Of a stretch of 64,000 nt of DNA, positions 61,501 to 64,000 are shown one piece after another. Origin of the DNA: Felis catus. Its lineage: Eukaryota. Under the pieces are notes generated by a model that searched no databases, was not told where the DNA came from, and was given only the letters and a program-made list of their open reading frames with translations. Where the stretch lies: contig NW_025408521.1 in assembly GCF_018350175.1 (NCBI RefSeq), positions 62,001 to 126,000 on the forward strand, written 5' to 3'. Position 1 is the first letter of the stretch. Each line of letters begins with the position of its first letter. Both the position numbers and the translations under genes were made by a program.

Positions 61501-64000
61501 GGACACAAAATAGGAAGTGCCCCGCTCGCCCCGGGCCTCCAGGCCCGGGGCTGCTCGCCCCGGGCCTCCAGGCCCGGGGCTGCTCGCCCCGGGCCTCCAG
61601 GCCCGGGGCTGCTCGCCCCGGGCCTCCAGGCCCGGGGCTGCTCGCCCCGGGCCTCCAGGCCCGGGGCTGCTCGCCCCGGGCCTCCAGGCCCGGGGCTGCT
61701 CGCCCCGGGCCTCCAGGCCCGGGGCTGCTCGCCCCGGGCCTCCAGGCCCGGGGCTGCTCGCCCCGGGCCTCCAGGCCCGGGGCTGCTCGCCCCGGGCCTC
61801 CAGGCCCGGGGCTGCTCGCCCCGGGCCTCCAGGCCCGGGGCTGCTCGCCCCGGGCCTCCAGGCCCGGGGCTGCTCGCTATGGCTCACTGTGCCTGAAGCC
61901 GTTCCTGTACCTGAAAGATGGGCTCACACAAACACAAACACCCGCCAGGCTCTGGGTTCCTCGCTCAGAATCTCCCGGGGAAGTTCGGAGGGATAGGATG
62001 CACAAAATGGATAGTGCTCCACTCGCCCCGGGCCTCCAGGCCCGGGGCTGCTTACCATGGCTCCAGGGCTGAAGCTGCTCGCCCCGGGCCTCCAGAAACG
62101 GGTCAGTGTTTCCCACACAGCCTCCAGGCCCGGGGGTCTCAACTAAGAAACTTACGGGGAAGGATGGAGAAGTGGGAGACCCAGAATCCAATGCAGCCCC
62201 TCCGGGGGCTATGCAACAAGCCCAAAAACCCAAGGAGGCATATGCCTGAATCCTGAAAAGCCAACAAACCCTTCCTGCTCAGCTCCGAAACTCCCGGGTT
62301 AGGACCGAGAGCTGCGAGACCCAGAATCCCAAACACCTGCTACGAGCCCCGGGCCTCCAGGCCCTGAGTCGTTACCATGGCTCACCATGGCTGGAGCCTT
62401 TCCCTGTACCTGAGATAAAGGGGTCACAGAACCAGAAACAGGCTCCAGACACAGGGCTGCTCAGCTCAGAAACTCCCCAGAAAGGTCCGAGGGTTTGGGG
62501 ACACAAAATAGGAAGTGCCCCGCTCGCCCCGGGCCTCCAGGCCCGGGGCTGCTCGCCCCGGGCCTCCAGGCCCGGGGCTGCTCGCCCCGGGCCTCCAGGC
62601 CCGGGGCTGCTCGCCCCGGGCCTCCAGGCCCGGGGCTGCTCGCCCCGGGCCTCCAGGCCCGGGGCTGCTCGCCCCGGGCCTCCAGGCCCGGGGCTGCTCG
62701 CCCCGGGCCTCCAGGCCCGGGGCTGCTCGCCCCGGGCCTCCAGGCCCGGGGCTGCTCGCCCCGGGCCTCCAGGCCCGGGGCTGCTCGCCCCGGGCCTCCA
62801 GGCCCGGGGCTGCTCGCCCCGGGCCTCCAGGCCCGGGGCTGCTCGCCCCGGGCCTCCAGGCCCGGGGCTGCTCGCCCCGGGCCTCCAGGCCCGGGGCTGC
62901 TCGCCCCGGGCCTCCAGGCCCGGGGCTGCTCGCCCCGGGCCTCCAGGCCCGGGGCTGCTCGCCCCGGGCCTCCAGGCCCGGGGCTGCTCGCCCCGGGCCT
63001 CCAGGCCCGGGGCTGCTCGCCCCGGGCCTCCAGGCCCGGGGCTGCTCGCCCCGGGCCTCCAGGCCCGGGGCTGCTCGCCCCGGGCCTCCAGGCCCGGGGC
63101 TGCTCGCCCCGGGCCTCCAGGCCCGGGGCTGCTCGCCCCGGCTCACTGTGCCCGGGGCCCTCGCCCGGGCCTCCAGGCTGGCTCGCCCCGGGCCTCCAGG
63201 CCCGGGGCTGCTCGCCCCGGGGCCTCGCAGGCCCGGGGCTGCTCGCCCCGGGCCTCCAGGCCCGGGGCTGCTCGCCCCGGGCCTCCAGGCCCGGGGCTGC
63301 TCGCCCCGGGCCTCCAGGCCCGGGGCTGCTCGCCCCGGGCCTCCAGGCCCGGGGCTGCTCGCCCCGGGCCTCCAGGCCCGGGCTATGCCCCGGGCCCAAA
63401 AACCCGGCTGCTCGCCGGCCTCCAGGCCCTTCCTGCTCGCCCCGGGCCTCCCAGGCCCGGGGCTGCTCGCCCCGGGCCTCCAGGCCCGGGGCTGCTCGCC
63501 CCGGGCCTCCAGGCCCGGGGCTGCTCGCCCCGGCTCTCCAGGCCCGGGGCTGCTCGCCCCGGGCCTCCAGGCCCGGGGCTGCTCGCCCCGGGCCTCCAGG
63601 CCCGGGGCTGCTCGCCCCGGGCCTCCAGGCCCGGGGCTGCTCGCCCCGGGCCTCCAGGCCCGGCCCCGCTCGCCCCGGGCCTCCAGGCCCGGGGCTGCTC
63701 GCCCCGGGCCTCCAGGCCCGGGGCTGCTCGCCCCGGGCCTCCAGGCCCGGGGCTGCTCGCCCCGGGCCTCCAGGCCCGGGGCTGCTCGCCCCGGGCCTCC
63801 AGGCCCGGGGCTGCTCGCCCCGGGCCTCCAGGCCCGGGGCTGCTCGCCCCGGGCCTCCAGGCCCGGGGCTGCTCGCCCCGGGCCTCCAGGCCCGGGGCTG
63901 CTCGCCCCGGGCCTCCAGGCCCGGGGCTGCTCGCCCCGGGCCTCCAGGCCCGGGGCTGCTCGCCCCGGGCCTCCAGGCCCGGGGCTGCTCGCCCCGGGCC
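34551..64000 (+). repeat. Homogeneous composite satellite: 651-bp cassette plus (29 bp)n, 21 cassettes, running off the window
   Basis: Cassettes start at 34672, 35786, 36850, 37849, 39992, 40816, 41663, 42893, 44007, 46369, 50703, 51579, 52608, 54100, 55099, ~57350, 58561, 59821, 60878, 61877 and ~63140. Periods 999, 1028, 1057, 1115, 1260, 1492 and 2362 all equal 651+29n. Confidence 0.96.
47020..50702. repeat. Longest 29-bp minisatellite array, 127 apparently perfect copies
   Basis: 3683 bp = 127x29; unit TGCTCGCCCCGGGCCTCCAGGCCCGGGGC. Confidence 0.93.

Noticed and set aside
34551..64000. CRISPR-like appearance (29-bp palindromic repeat)
   Set aside because: Repeats are head-to-tail without unique spacers, there are no cas genes, and the context is mammalian.
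1..64000. Herpesvirus repeat region, DXZ4/D4Z4-type macrosatellite or rDNA spacer
   Set aside because: No viral, DUX homeobox or rRNA sequence seen; unit structure does not fit; FA-SAT, L1 and Can-SINE indicate host heterochromatin.

Overview
Non-coding felid (cat-like) heterochromatin; no supportable protein-coding gene. The layout is layered with all satellites in the same orientation: GC-rich composite satellite (1-8770, decaying after ~1830); 483-bp FA-SAT array (8771-18181, ~19.5 monomers); an 11.6-kb island of decayed L1s, Can-SINEs and ~2 kb of apparently non-repeat DNA with a strong CTCF-type motif (18182-29769); FA-SAT again (29770-32113, ~5 monomers); then the composite satellite (32114-64000). 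The most notable system is the composite satellite: a conserved 651-bp cassette, itself four diverged ~135-185-bp modules, alternating with a hypervariable array (6-127 copies) of a 29-bp, 86% GC, doubly palindromic minisatellite with fixed internal polarity. The long six-frame ORFs are by-products of the stop-free 29-mer. Some late units look like assembly consensus artefacts. Family names are by recognition, not database search.
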